From a virus, in UHGV virus genome UHGV-0210680: DNA of 40,134 nt. One strand, written 5' to 3'. The notes below the pieces were generated by a model that ran no database searches, was not told the DNA's origin, and saw only the letters and a list, made by a program, of their open reading frames with translations. Position numbers and translations under genes: made by a program. Below are positions 29,371-38,544 of the stretch, in pieces (the stretch's first letter is position 1; the number at the start of each line of letters is the position of its first letter).

Positions 29371-30303
29371 TTAAAGAACCGATTTAACAAGATGGTTTTT
29401 ACGGTACAGACCTATGCGATCATTGTGAATCTCAGTAGTCTCCACTAAAAGAGAAACAATCTGTCCGACCTTGTGTTTTTTTTGTATTAAATCTAGCATT
29501 TCAATCGGATAGGAAGCCTTTAAATGTTCACCACCAACATCAAGCTCCAGCTTCCCATATTTGGATAGAACGACCAGTTCGCCTGTAACCGTTTCAGTAA
29601 TGGGAGGGGATGAAATGGTTGATGTAAGTCTACTCACCAAGTACTTAATTTTATTGGAGTCAATAGTTGCCACCTTGGTGCCATTACTAAATGGACCGGT
29701 CCAACTTGCATCAAATGTTAAGTTGTGTTTATCGCATTCCTCTACGATTCTCTTAAGGCTTACAGTGGAATTGTATCCAATTTCAGCGACGTGATTCATG
29801 AAGTTGTTGTCGTCATCGCTTAACAACAAATCGAATATGCCTTTTACAGCCTTGCTGGGTACTGTTTCTACTAATTCTGCTATTCCTGTAGAGAAGGTGA
29901 CGCCCAATTTTGTAGACCCAGGGGATAAATCAGCCAGCCTGAGGTTTAAGGAGCTTTTCACGTCGTAGGGAACTTTTTTTGAGTCCTTGCCTGAGGCAAT
30001 TTTGTGTGTTGCTCTTTGTATTAGCGCTGCAAGATTTGTTGAAATAGCCCCAAGCAGCTCTAAAGGAATAGAGCCAAAGTCAACCTCAGAGCCTTTCAGC
30101 CGCAGCTCAAAAAAATCGATAAGTGGGTGCCGACTATCTTGCTTTAATTTTTCGGCCTTCAAATCGCTCAGATGAGAATCCATGGAGCGATAAAGAAGCA
30201 TGTCAGCAAAGGACCTGGTTTTGTTTTGCTTCATTGCATCGACTTCTTTTTGAATGAAATCAATGCGTTTATCGCAATTTTTAAACATTGATTTATCATT
30301 CAT
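29371..30303 (-). CDS. hypothetical 310-aa protein, second gene of the rexAB-slot cassette
   Basis: Soluble-looking K/S/L-rich ORF with no recognisable motif; its start overlaps the stop of the upstream nucleotidyltransferase-fold gene by 4 nt (ATGA); AT-rich relative to the lambda-like flanks. Confidence 0.6.
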   Translation of the reverse strand: MNDKSMFKNCDKRIDFIQKEVDAMKQNKTRSFADMLLYRSMDSHLSDLKAEKLKQDSRHPLIDFFELRLKGSEVDFGSIPLELLGAISTNLAALIQRATHKIASGKDSKKVPYDVKSSLNLRLADLSPGSTKLGVTFSTGIAELVETVPSKAVKGIFDLLLSDDDNNFMNHVAEIGYNSTVSLKRIVEECDKHNLTFDASWTGPFSNGTKVATIDSNKIKYLVSRLTSTISSPPITETVTGELVVLSKYGKLELDVGGEHLKASYPIEMLDLIQKKHKVGQIVSLLVETTEIHNDRIGLYRKNHLVKSVL

Positions 30304-30779
30304 AAAAAAATCCTCACTAACCCTTTCGGGTTTTCACTGCGATCAAAACCAAACCAACCGCGCCAGTAGCTACGCCAGTACTCATAATCATAGTTAGGGT
30401 CATCTAAATTCTTCATGAGTAGTAGGACATCAATTTTGTAGTTTTGTTTGATGTAGTTTCGGTCAAGCAAATTATCGACGCGGCCCCGAAGCATGACAGG
30501 TATTGAGTTTATATTGCTATAGTCACATACCAACAAAATATCAATATCATCAGGCTCTGGTTTAGACGTGGTGTATGAACCATCAACCCATATTTCTGTA
30601 AAACAGCCATATTGAGCAGATAATTCTCGAATAGATTCGAGTAGCTGTATAAAATTACAGTATAGCATGCCTCGCCTGGATGATGAAGGAAAGCAATCGA
30701 CACAATACGATTTTAATCCAGCTTCATCCATGTCATGGAACCCTGGCTCAAACAGGGGTGGGTAATTAATTTTATCCAT
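30300..30779 (-). CDS. small nucleotidyltransferase-fold (Pol-beta superfamily / MNT-like) protein, first gene of the rexAB-slot cassette
   Basis: 159 aa from the ATG at 30779 (AAGG RBS upstream); contains the h-G-S...D-x-D signature (IWVDGSYTTSKPEPDDIDILLV) and a later acidic residue (KIDVLLL) typical of minimal nucleotidyltransferases. The ORF track starts further upstream (30827), at a codon that is not ATG by my reading. Confidence 0.55.
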   Translation of the reverse strand: MDKINYPPLFEPGFHDMDEAGLKSYCVDCFPSSSRRGMLYCNFIQLLESIRELSAQYGCFTEIWVDGSYTTSKPEPDDIDILLVCDYSNINSIPVMLRGRVDNLLDRNYIKQNYKIDVLLLMKNLDDPNYDYEYWRSYWRGWFGFDRSENPKGLVRIFL

Positions 30780-30929
30780 AAAAAACCTTGCTATACATTT
30801 GTTTTTTTTTATTAAAAATCTAACCACCGAAATGGTGACGGCAAGATGTTACATGGGGTTACAATCAGCCAATACACCGCATTAAATAATTTTTTCACCA
30901 GCTATGCGCCGACCAGAACACCTTGCCGA

Positions 30930-31646
<717 letters not shown>

Positions 31647-31654
31647 TTAAATCT

Positions 31655-31718
31655 ATCACCGCGAGGGATAAATATCTAACACCGTGCGTGTTGACTATTT
31701 TACCTCTAGCGGTGATAA
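31655..31718. promoter_or_regulatory. OR operators (OR3, OR2, OR1) with divergent promoters pRM and pR
   Basis: TATCACCGCGAGGGATA (31655), TAACACCGTGCGTGTTG (31678) and TACCTCTAGCGGTGATA (31702) are lambda-type 17-bp operators; pR -35 TTGACT (31692) and -10 GATAAT (31714) precede cro, whose RBS is AGGAGG. Confidence 0.9.
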
Positions 31719-31734
31719 TGGTTGCATGTACTAA

Positions 31735-31944
<210 letters not shown>

Positions 31945-31951
31945 ATAACCC

Positions 31952-31983
31952 CGCTCTTACACATTCCAGCCCTGAAAAAGGGC
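31952..31983 (+). promoter_or_regulatory. nutR site (boxA CGCTCTTA plus boxB hairpin)
   Basis: CGCTCTTA at 31952 followed by GCCCTGAAAAAGGGC at 31969..31983, just downstream of cro. Confidence 0.85.
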
Positions 31984-32062
31984 ATCAAATTAAACCACAC
32001 CTATGGTGTATGCATTTATTTGCATACATTCAATCAATTGTTATCTAAGGAAATACTTACAT

Positions 32063-32341
32063 ATGCAACTTACAAGTACTCGCAAGAAAGCGAATGCAAT
32101 TACAAGCAACATCCTGAATCGAATTGCTGTACGTGGCCAGCGAAAGGTTGCCGACGCGTTAGGGATTAATGAATCGCAAATTTCGCGATGGAAAGACAGC
32201 TTCATCCCAAAAATGGGAATGCTTCTGGCTGTTCTTGAATGGGGTGTTGAAGATGAGGAGTTGGCGGAACTGGCTAAGAAAGTAGCCAGAATGCTGACAA
32301 AAGAAAAAGCCCCGAAGAACGGCGAATTCTTCGAGGCCTGA
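32063..32341 (+). CDS. cII: CII-like transcriptional activator (non-lambda allele)
   Basis: 92 aa from the ATG at 32063 (AAGGA RBS); shares the SQISRWK...IPK...MLLAVLEWGV core with lambda CII but differs elsewhere. Confidence 0.8.
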   Translation: MQLTSTRKKANAITSNILNRIAVRGQRKVADALGINESQISRWKDSFIPKMGMLLAVLEWGVEDEELAELAKKVARMLTKEKAPKNGEFFEA

Positions 32342-32375
32342 TGTAGAAAGACTGGATCAATCCACAGGAGTAATT

Positions 32376-32537
32376 ATGACAAAACGTCGTAAGAAATACC
32401 AGGAAAAAGAAGAGATTCGACACCCTGATTCACCTGAGGGATTAGTGGTAGCCGCAGCAAATAACAGGGCGTTCGCAGAGCGCCTTGTTGGTGTTTACAG
32501 ACTAGCCAAAGCAGGAGTGAAACATGGGCGTCGTTAA
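32376..32537 (+). CDS. hypothetical small basic protein
   Basis: 53-aa ORF (MTKRRKKYQEKEEIRHPDSPEGL...) with a GGAG RBS, between cII and the O-like gene; below the ORF-track cutoff and found manually. Confidence 0.3.
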   Translation: MTKRRKKYQEKEEIRHPDSPEGLVVAAANNRAFAERLVGVYRLAKAGVKHGRR

Positions 32538-33414
32538 GTTAGCTGATTACAGGCATAACCCTGTACAACATCAGGAGGCATCCAGTATGGGGTATGTCTC
32601 TATACACCGCCAGTTTATGGACAGCAGGCTCTATAAGGACTCTCAGGCAGTACATCTTTGGCTTCACTTAATCCTCAAGGCTAATCACGAATCTACTGTC
32701 GTCAATACGGATATCGGGCCGATAACTGTTGATCGCGGTCAGATGATAACTGGACGCCCGTCGCTGGTCAGAGAAACATTCATCCCCGACAACAAAGTTC
32801 GGAGCTTATTACGGACTTTTGAGTCGAAAGGGATGCTTAATATTTGCTCGATGGGGAAGAAATTTAGCCTGTTTACAATCGTTAAATATGACGATTTTCA
32901 GGCAAAAAATTGTCCAACGGTTGTCCAACGGTTGTCCAACGCAAACACCAGTAATGGCGCGGCTCTCAGCGGAGATTGTCCAACGCTTGTCCAACGGTTG
33001 TCCATAAACAATAATATAAATAATATCTCTAATACTGACGTATTAGAGAGTGCCACAGCAGACAAAAAGTCTGACAAGAAAAAACCTTCCGTCAGCTGTC
33101 AGGATGTTGTCGATGCTTACCACGAAATCCTTCCTGAAGCGCCAAGAATCCGCGCACTGAATGACAAGCGTAAAAACCAGATCCGAACGTTCTGGCGCAA
33201 AGCCGGAGTGATAACCCGCCAGCTTGACGGGCATGGGTTCACGATGCAGGACTGGAGAAATTATTTGAGCTACGTAGGCGAAAATTGCCGATGGATGTTC
33301 GAAGAACGCCCAAACCATCAACGCGGAACCGTCTGGCACAAAAAGGGATTTGATTTCCTGCTTAACGACAATACCTACCTGAAAGTTCGTGAGGGTGAAC
33401 ACGATGACCGATAA
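32524..33414 (+). CDS. replication initiator (O-like) with internal origin iterons
   Basis: 296-aa ORF at the O position after cII; its central part is encoded by an array of TTGTCCAACG iterons followed by an AT-rich stretch, the organisation of lambdoid ori inside gene O. Confidence 0.8.
   Translation: MGVVKLADYRHNPVQHQEASSMGYVSIHRQFMDSRLYKDSQAVHLWLHLILKANHESTVVNTDIGPITVDRGQMITGRPSLVRETFIPDNKVRSLLRTFESKGMLNICSMGKKFSLFTIVKYDDFQAKNCPTVVQRLSNANTSNGAALSGDCPTLVQRLSINNNINNISNTDVLESATADKKSDKKKPSVSCQDVVDAYHEILPEAPRIRALNDKRKNQIRTFWRKAGVITRQLDGHGFTMQDWRNYLSYVGENCRWMFEERPNHQRGTVWHKKGFDFLLNDNTYLKVREGEHDDR
32910..33008. repeat. origin iterons: direct repeats of TTGTCCAACG(G/C)
   Basis: Three contiguous copies at 32910..32942 and three more at 32976..33008 (the last degenerate, TTGTCCATAAA), followed by an AT-rich segment (33005..33050). 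Confidence 0.85.
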
Positions 33415-34840
33415 TTTTTATGCGCCGCCCCATAGCATCGAGGCAGAGCAGGCGGTGATTGGTGGATTGCTTCTGGATGATGACAGCAGTGAGCGCGTCC
33501 AGAAAGTTCTGGCGATGCTGAAGCCTGACTCATTTTACAGCCGGCCACACAAAATCCTTTTCGAAGAAATAACCAGAATGCACCGGGAGCAAAAGCCAGT
33601 AGATGGCCTGACGCTTTTCGATGAACTGGAGCGTAAATCGTTAACGGCGTCTGTTGGCGGTTTTGCTTATATCGCTGAGATCGCAAAGAACACGCCAAGC
33701 GCAGCAAACATCGTTGCCTATGCAATGCAGGTTCGTGAAACCGCAATGGAACGCTACGCCATCAACCGCATGACTGAAGCGACGGAATTGCTCTATTCCC
33801 GCAACGGAATGACTGCAACGCAGAAGTACGAAGCTATTCAGGCGATTTTCACGCAACTGACAGACCATGCAAAAACCGGATCGCGTCGCGGCCTTCGCTC
33901 ATTTGGTGAGGTCATGGAAGACTGGGTTAGCGACCTTGAGAAGCGATTTGACCCGTCAGGTGAACAACGAGGAATGAGCACAGGGATCCCATCGCTGGAC
34001 AGGATGCTGTCACCGAAAGGTCTGGTGAAAGGCTCTCTGTTTGTCATTGGCGCTCGCCCTAAGATGGGGAAAACGACGCTATACAGCCAGATGGCAATCA
34101 ACTGCGCAGTGCATGAGAAAAAGCCCGCTCTGATGTTCAGCCTTGAAATGCCCGGTGACCAGATACTGGAAAAACTGGTAGGGCAAAAGTCAGGTGTTAA
34201 CCCCAATATTTTTTACCTTCCGGCGACAAATGACGCTGATGACGGCTATCAGGGTGATTACGATGGTGACTTCAACAGGGCGATCGAAACAGCCAATCGC
34301 TTGAGTGAAATCGACATGCTTTACATCGACGACACGCCGGGATTATCTCTGGCTCAAATCGTCAGCGAAAGCCGTCGAATCAAGCGAGAAAAAGGATGTG
34401 TTGGCATGATTCTGGTCGATTACCTGACACTAATGACCGCTGAAAAGGCCGATCGCAACGACCTTGCTTACGGCATGATCACCAAAGGACTGAAGAACCT
34501 TGCCAAAGAGCTTGATTGCGTTGTTGTGCTTCTGACACAGCTTAACCGCGCACTGGAAAGCCGAACCAATAAACGCCCATTACCAAGTGACTCACGAGAT
34601 ACAGGGCAGATTGAACAGGATTGCGATTATTGGGTGGGGATCCATCGTGAAGGTGCTTTTGATGACAGCGTTCCTCCTGGTGAAACCGAACTAATCCTTC
34701 GCCTCAATCGTCATGGCAATACCGGCACGGTGTATTGCATTCAGGCAAATGGCGCTATTTATGACACAGACCAACAGTCTGCTGAAATGCGCCGCCGTGA
34801 ACGCGAGGAACCGCAGTCCAAGAAGAAAGGAGGATTCTGA
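33404..34840 (+). CDS. replicative DNA helicase (DnaB-like, P22 gene 12-type)
   Basis: N-terminus PHSIEAEQAVIGGLLLD is the canonical DnaB N-terminal motif; Walker A GARPKMGKTT; Walker B-like ILVDYLTLM; start overlaps the O-like stop. Confidence 0.85.
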   Translation: MTDNFYAPPHSIEAEQAVIGGLLLDDDSSERVQKVLAMLKPDSFYSRPHKILFEEITRMHREQKPVDGLTLFDELERKSLTASVGGFAYIAEIAKNTPSAANIVAYAMQVRETAMERYAINRMTEATELLYSRNGMTATQKYEAIQAIFTQLTDHAKTGSRRGLRSFGEVMEDWVSDLEKRFDPSGEQRGMSTGIPSLDRMLSPKGLVKGSLFVIGARPKMGKTTLYSQMAINCAVHEKKPALMFSLEMPGDQILEKLVGQKSGVNPNIFYLPATNDADDGYQGDYDGDFNRAIETANRLSEIDMLYIDDTPGLSLAQIVSESRRIKREKGCVGMILVDYLTLMTAEKADRNDLAYGMITKGLKNLAKELDCVVVLLTQLNRALESRTNKRPLPSDSRDTGQIEQDCDYWVGIHREGAFDDSVPPGETELILRLNRHGNTGTVYCIQANGAIYDTDQQSAEMRRREREEPQSKKKGGF

Positions 34841-34916
34841 TGACCATCTACATCACTGAGCTTGTAACAGGCCTGCTGGTAATCGCAGGCTTTTTTATTT
34901 GGGGGAGAGGGAAGTC

Positions 34917-35357
34917 ATGAAAAAACTAACCTTTGAAATTCGATCTCCAGCACATCAGCAAAACGCTATTCACGCAGTACAGCAAATCCTTCCAGACCCA
35001 ACCAAACCAATCGTAGTAACCATTCAGGAACGCAACCGCAGCTTAGACCAGAATCGAAAGCTTTGGGCTTGCCTTGGTGACGTCTCTCGTCAGGTTGAAT
35101 GGCATGGTCGCTGGCTGGATGCAGAAAGCTGGAAGTGTGTGTTTACCGCAGCCTTAAAGCAGCAGGACGTTGTTCCTAACCTTGCCGGGAATGGCTTTGT
35201 GGTAATAGGCCAGTCAACCAGCAGGATGCGTGTAAGCGAATTTGCGGAGCTATTAGAGCTTATACAGGCATTCGGTACAGAGCATGGCGTTAAGTGGTCA
35301 GACGAAGCGCGACTGGCTCTCGAATGGAAATCGCGATGGGGAGACAGGGCGGCATGA
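34917..35357 (+). CDS. ninB: NinB (Orf-family recombination mediator)
   Basis: 146 aa from the ATG at 34917: [73 protein letters not shown]... matches lambda NinB as recalled. Confidence 0.9.
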   Translation: MKKLTFEIRSPAHQQNAIHAVQQILPDPTKPIVVTIQERNRSLDQNRKLWACLGDVSRQVEWHGRWLDAESWKCVFTAALKQQDVVPNLAGNGFVVIGQSTSRMRVSEFAELLELIQAFGTEHGVKWSDEARLALEWKSRWGDRAA

Positions 35358-35536
35358 GACGACAGCGACGAAATATCACCGACATCATCTGCGAAAACTG
35401 CAAATACCTTCCAACGAAACGCTCAAGAAATAAACGCAAGCCAATCCCAAAAGAATCTGACGTAAAAACCTTCAATTACACGGCTCACCTGTGGGATATC
35501 CGGTGGCTTAGAGAACGTGCGAGGAAAACAAGGTGA
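35354..35536 (+). CDS. ninD: NinD-like small zinc-finger protein
   Basis: 60 aa from the ATG at 35354 ([30 protein letters not shown]...); start overlaps the ninB stop; lambda nin-region position. Confidence 0.7.
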   Translation: MRRQRRNITDIICENCKYLPTKRSRNKRKPIPKESDVKTFNYTAHLWDIRWLRERARKTR

Positions 35537-35702
35537 TTGACCAAAATCGAAGTTACGAACAAGGAAGTGTCGAGCGAGCTTTAACGTGCGCTAATTGCGG
35601 TCAGAAGCTGCATGTGCTGGAAGTTCACGTGTGTGAGCACTGCTGCGCAGAACTGATGAGCGATCCGAATAGCTCAATGTACGAGGAAGAAGACGATGAA
35701 TG
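35532..35702 (+). CDS. ninE: NinE-like small protein
   Basis: 56-aa ORF from a GTG at 35532, Cys-rich ([20 protein letters not shown]) with an acidic tail; coupled to its neighbours by overlaps; assigned by position in the nin region. Confidence 0.5.
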
Positions 35703-36418
35703 AGTTAATAAATGGCAATGCCATCAAAATGACAAGCATTGAAATCGCTGAGTTGGTGGGTAAGCGTCATGACAATGTGAAACGTACCATCGAAACGCTG
35801 GCTAAAAATGGTGTTATCCGGCTTCCTCAAATTGAGGATTGTGGAAGAATCAATGGGTTAGGCTTAAATCAAAGTTTTTGTGTGTATGTATTCGAAGGCG
35901 AACAAGGAAAGCGAGACAGTATTGTCGTTGTAGCCCAGTTGTCGCCGGAATTCACCGCTCGCCTTGTTGACCGTTGGCGAGAGCTTGAAGAATCTGCGGT
36001 TAATATCCCAAAAACACTACCGGAAGCGTTGCGCCTTGCTGCTGATCTTGCTGAGCAGAAAATTCAACTGGAAAACCAGCTCGCAATTGCCGCACCTAAA
36101 GTTGAGTTTGCCGATCGCGTTGGCGAGGCCAGCGGAATTTTGATTGGAAACTTTGCAAAGGTTGTCGGTATTGGTCCGAACAAACTGTTTGCGTGGATGC
36201 GTGATCACAAAATCCTTATTGCTTCAGGTTCCCGGCGAAATGTGCCAATGCAGGAATATATGGATCGCGGCTATTTCACCGTAAAAGAAACAGCGGTCAA
36301 CACAAATCACGGAATACAGATATCGTTTACCACAAAAATCACCGGGCGTGGTCAACAGTGGCTGACCAGAAAGCTTCTCGATAACGGAGTGCTGAAAGTA
36401 ACAGGGGAGGCTGCTTAA
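35696..36418 (+). CDS. Rha-family regulatory protein / KilA-C (antirepressor-like) domain protein
   Basis: 240-aa ORF; N-terminus ([33 protein letters not shown]) resembles the Rha phage regulatory domain; C-terminal half resembles ANT/KilA-C antirepressor domains. Confidence 0.6.
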   Translation: MNELINGNAIKMTSIEIAELVGKRHDNVKRTIETLAKNGVIRLPQIEDCGRINGLGLNQSFCVYVFEGEQGKRDSIVVVAQLSPEFTARLVDRWRELEESAVNIPKTLPEALRLAADLAEQKIQLENQLAIAAPKVEFADRVGEASGILIGNFAKVVGIGPNKLFAWMRDHKILIASGSRRNVPMQEYMDRGYFTVKETAVNTNHGIQISFTTKITGRGQQWLTRKLLDNGVLKVTGEAA

Positions 36419-36708
36419 TGGCTAACCTACGCAAAGAAGCACGCGGCAGAGAATGCCAGGTACGTATTTACGGCGTATGCAATGGCAACCCTGAAACTAC
36501 AGTTCTGGCACATTACCGGATGGCTGGAATTTGCGGAACGGGAATGAAACCTGACGACCTGATCGGCGCATGGGCTTGTAGCGCGTGTCACGATGAAATC
36601 GACCGACGCACCCATAACCTCGACAACAAAGACGCCAGACTTTACCACCTGGAAGGCGTGATCAGGACGCAGGCGATACTGCTGAAGGAGGGGAAGATTA
36701 AGCCATGA
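36418..36708 (+). CDS. YbcO-like (DUF1364-type) Cys/His-rich putative nuclease
   Basis: 96-aa ORF MANLRKEARGRECQVRIYGVCNGNPETTVLAH......WACSACHDEIDRR with a Cys/His metal-binding pattern; precedes rusA as ybcO does in DLP12-type nin regions. Confidence 0.6.
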   Translation: MANLRKEARGRECQVRIYGVCNGNPETTVLAHYRMAGICGTGMKPDDLIGAWACSACHDEIDRRTHNLDNKDARLYHLEGVIRTQAILLKEGKIKP

Positions 36709-37067
36709 ACGAATATCAGTTTGTGCTTCCATACCCGCCGTCGGTGAACACCTACTGGCGAAGACGGGGAAGCCAATACTACATCAGCGATAAAGGCCAG
36801 AAATACCGAAAAGACGTTCAGCAAATCATCCGCCAACTCAAGTTAGACATTTTCACCAAATCACGACTCCGCATCAAAGTCATCGCAGACGTTCCAGACT
36901 CCCGCCGCCGCGACCTCGATAACATCCTGAAAGGTTTACTCGATTCCCTTATCCACGCCGGATTTGCGGAAGACGACGAGCAATTCGATGACATTCGCGT
37001 AATTCGTGGTGTGAAAGTACCAGGCGGACGGCTTGGAATAAAAATCACCGAACTGGAGAACGCATGA
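36705..37067 (+). CDS. rusA: RusA Holliday-junction resolvase
   Basis: 120-aa ORF with the RusA-family pattern (...LPYPPSVN.YWRRRG.....S..GQ.YR.........PDSRRRDLDNILKGLLDSL..AGF..DD.Q......V.....GGRL.I.ITE). Confidence 0.85.
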   Translation: MNEYQFVLPYPPSVNTYWRRRGSQYYISDKGQKYRKDVQQIIRQLKLDIFTKSRLRIKVIADVPDSRRRDLDNILKGLLDSLIHAGFAEDDEQFDDIRVIRGVKVPGGRLGIKITELENA

Positions 37068-37252
37068 ACGCCACAATTCAAACGATACCAGAGCTTCTTA
37101 TCCAGACACGAGGAAATCAGACCGAAGTGGCGAGGATGCTTTCCTGCGCAAGAGGAACAGTGCTCAAGTACAACCGAGACAGCAAAGGTGAGCGTCATGT
37201 AATAGTTAACGGCGTCCTGATGGTCAAACAGGGCAAGAGGGGAAGACGATGA
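37064..37252 (+). CDS. ninH: NinH-like small DNA-binding protein
   Basis: 62-aa ORF with an HTH-like core GNQTEVARMLSCARGTVLKY resembling lambda NinH; immediately upstream of Q. Confidence 0.6.
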   Translation: MNATIQTIPELLIQTRGNQTEVARMLSCARGTVLKYNRDSKGERHVIVNGVLMVKQGKRGRR

Positions 37253-37872
37253 GACTAGAAAGTGTAGCTAAATTTCATTCGCCAAAAAGCCCGATGATGA
37301 GCGACTCACCACGGGCTACGGCTTCTGACTCTCTTTCCGGTACTGATGTGATGGCTGCTATGGGGATGGCGCAATCACAAGCCGGATTTGGAATGGCTGC
37401 ATTCTGCGGTAAGCATGAACTCAGCCAGAACGACAAACAAAAGGCTATCAACTATCTGATGCAATTTGCACACAAGGTATCGGGGAAATACCGTGGCGTG
37501 GCAAAGCTTGAAGGAAATACTAAGGCAAAGGTACTGCAAGTGCTCGCAACATTCGCTTATGCGGATTATTGCCGTAGTGCCGCGACGCCTGGCGCAAGAT
37601 GCAGAGATTGCCACGGTACAGGCCGTGCGGTTGATATATCAAAAACAGAGCTGTGGGGGAGAGTTGTTGAGAAAGAATGCGGAAGATGCAAAGGTGTCGG
37701 CTATTCAAGAATGCCAGCAAGCGCCGCATATCGCGCTGTAACGATGCTAATCCCAAACCTTACCCAACCCACCTGGTCACGAACTGTTAAGCCGCTGTAT
37801 GACGCTCTGGTGGTGCAATGCCACAAGGAAGAGTCAATCGCAGACAACATTTTGAACGCGGTCACACGTTAG
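37249..37872 (+). CDS. Q: late-gene antiterminator Q (lambda-type)
   Basis: 207-aa ORF MRLESVAKFHSPKSPMMSDSPRATASDSLSGTDVMAAMGMAQSQAGFGMAAFCGKHELSQ...CRDCHGTGRAVD...CGRCKGVGYSRMPAS, essentially identical to lambda Q as recalled. Confidence 0.95.
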   Translation: MRLESVAKFHSPKSPMMSDSPRATASDSLSGTDVMAAMGMAQSQAGFGMAAFCGKHELSQNDKQKAINYLMQFAHKVSGKYRGVAKLEGNTKAKVLQVLATFAYADYCRSAATPGARCRDCHGTGRAVDISKTELWGRVVEKECGRCKGVGYSRMPASAAYRAVTMLIPNLTQPTWSRTVKPLYDALVVQCHKEESIADNILNAVTR

Positions 37873-37914
37873 CAGCATGATTGCCACGGATGGCAACATA
37901 TTAACGGCATGATA

Positions 37915-37943
37915 TTGACTTTTTGAATAAAGTTGGGTAAATT
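37915..37943 (+). promoter_or_regulatory. late promoter pR' (with overlapping qut region)
   Basis: -35 TTGACT (37915..37920) and -10 TAAATT (37938..37943) with 17-bp spacing, immediately downstream of Q; the flanking sequence matches the lambda pR'/6S region as recalled. Confidence 0.8.
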
Positions 37944-38083
37944 TGACCCAACGATGGGTTAATTCGCTCGTTGTGGTAGTGAGATAAAAAGAGGCGGCGC
38001 TTACTACCGATTCCGCCTAGTTGGTCACTTCGACGTATCGTCTGGAACTCCAACCATCGCAGGCTGAGAGGTCTGTAAAATGC

Positions 38084-38146
38084 AATCCCGAAACAGTTCG
38101 CAGGTAATAGTTAGAGCCTGCATAACGGTTTCGGGATTTTTTATTT
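38084..38146 (+). terminator. tR' terminator (3' end of the 6S-like short late transcript)
   Basis: Long interrupted hairpin AATCCCGAAAC...GTTTCGGGATT followed by TTTTTTATTT; lambda-like sequence. Confidence 0.8.
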
Positions 38147-38221
38147 GGGTCAGTCGTATAAAGGTCATTACGGAAGGCTGTTAACCTTCTTATCGTGGTT
38201 CGAGTCCACGCTGTCCCGCCA
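38147..38221 (+). tRNA. tRNA-Asn (anticodon GTT), phage-encoded
   Basis: 75 nt folded by hand: 7-bp acceptor stem with one U-U mismatch, anticodon stem GAAGG/CCTTC with loop CTGTTAA (U33, GTT, A37), T-arm CGTGG-TTCGAGT-CCACG, discriminator G and encoded CCA. The anticodon loop and T-loop match E. coli tRNA-Asn; the D-stem is only 3 bp. Confidence 0.6.
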
Positions 38222-38226
38222 AATAT

Positions 38227-38302
38227 GCTGGTTTAGCTCCAATGGTAGAGCAGTCGCCTTGTAAGCGAATGGGTAGCGGTTCAAGTCCGTTAACCAGCAC
38301 CA
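38227..38302 (+). tRNA. tRNA-Thr (anticodon TGT), phage-encoded
   Basis: 76 nt folded by hand: perfect 7-bp acceptor stem GCTGGTT/AACCAGC, D-arm GCTC-CAATGGTA-GAGC, anticodon loop CTTGTAA (TGT), T-arm AGCGG-TTCAAGT-CCGTT, discriminator A and encoded CCA. Confidence 0.75.
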
Positions 38303-38544
38303 TAACTGAGCCGTAGCCACTGGCTATCCTGAACTCATCAGTGATAGTTACGCTGCGGCCTTCTACACATGATCTTCGTGAAAGCGGGTGGCAGGAGGCT
38401 GCGCTAACAACCTCCTGCCGTTTTGCCCGTGCATATCGGTCACGAACAAATCTGATTACTAAACACAGTAGCCTGGATTTGTTCTATCAGTAATCGACCT
38501 TATTCCTAATTAAATAGAGCAAATCCCCTTATTGGGGGTAAGAC

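Noticed and set aside
30780-30827. Upstream start of the NTase-fold ORF given by the ORF track (30827)
   Set aside because: The first codon there is not an ATG by my reading, and my hand count of the A-run near 30780 disagrees with the track's frame by one base, so the extension is doubtful. The ATG at 30779 with an AAGG RBS is the better-supported start; the extension adds only a short basic peptide.
32905-33010. Direct-repeat array considered as a possible CRISPR array
   Set aside because: The repeats are 10-11 bp, contiguous or separated by a single 33-bp spacer, and lie inside the initiator gene. This is the classic iteron origin, not a CRISPR array.
37375-37756. ORFs inside and antisense to Q (37375..37614, 37466..37741, 37520..37756)
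   Set aside because: They overlap the strongly supported Q coding sequence; no independent evidence.
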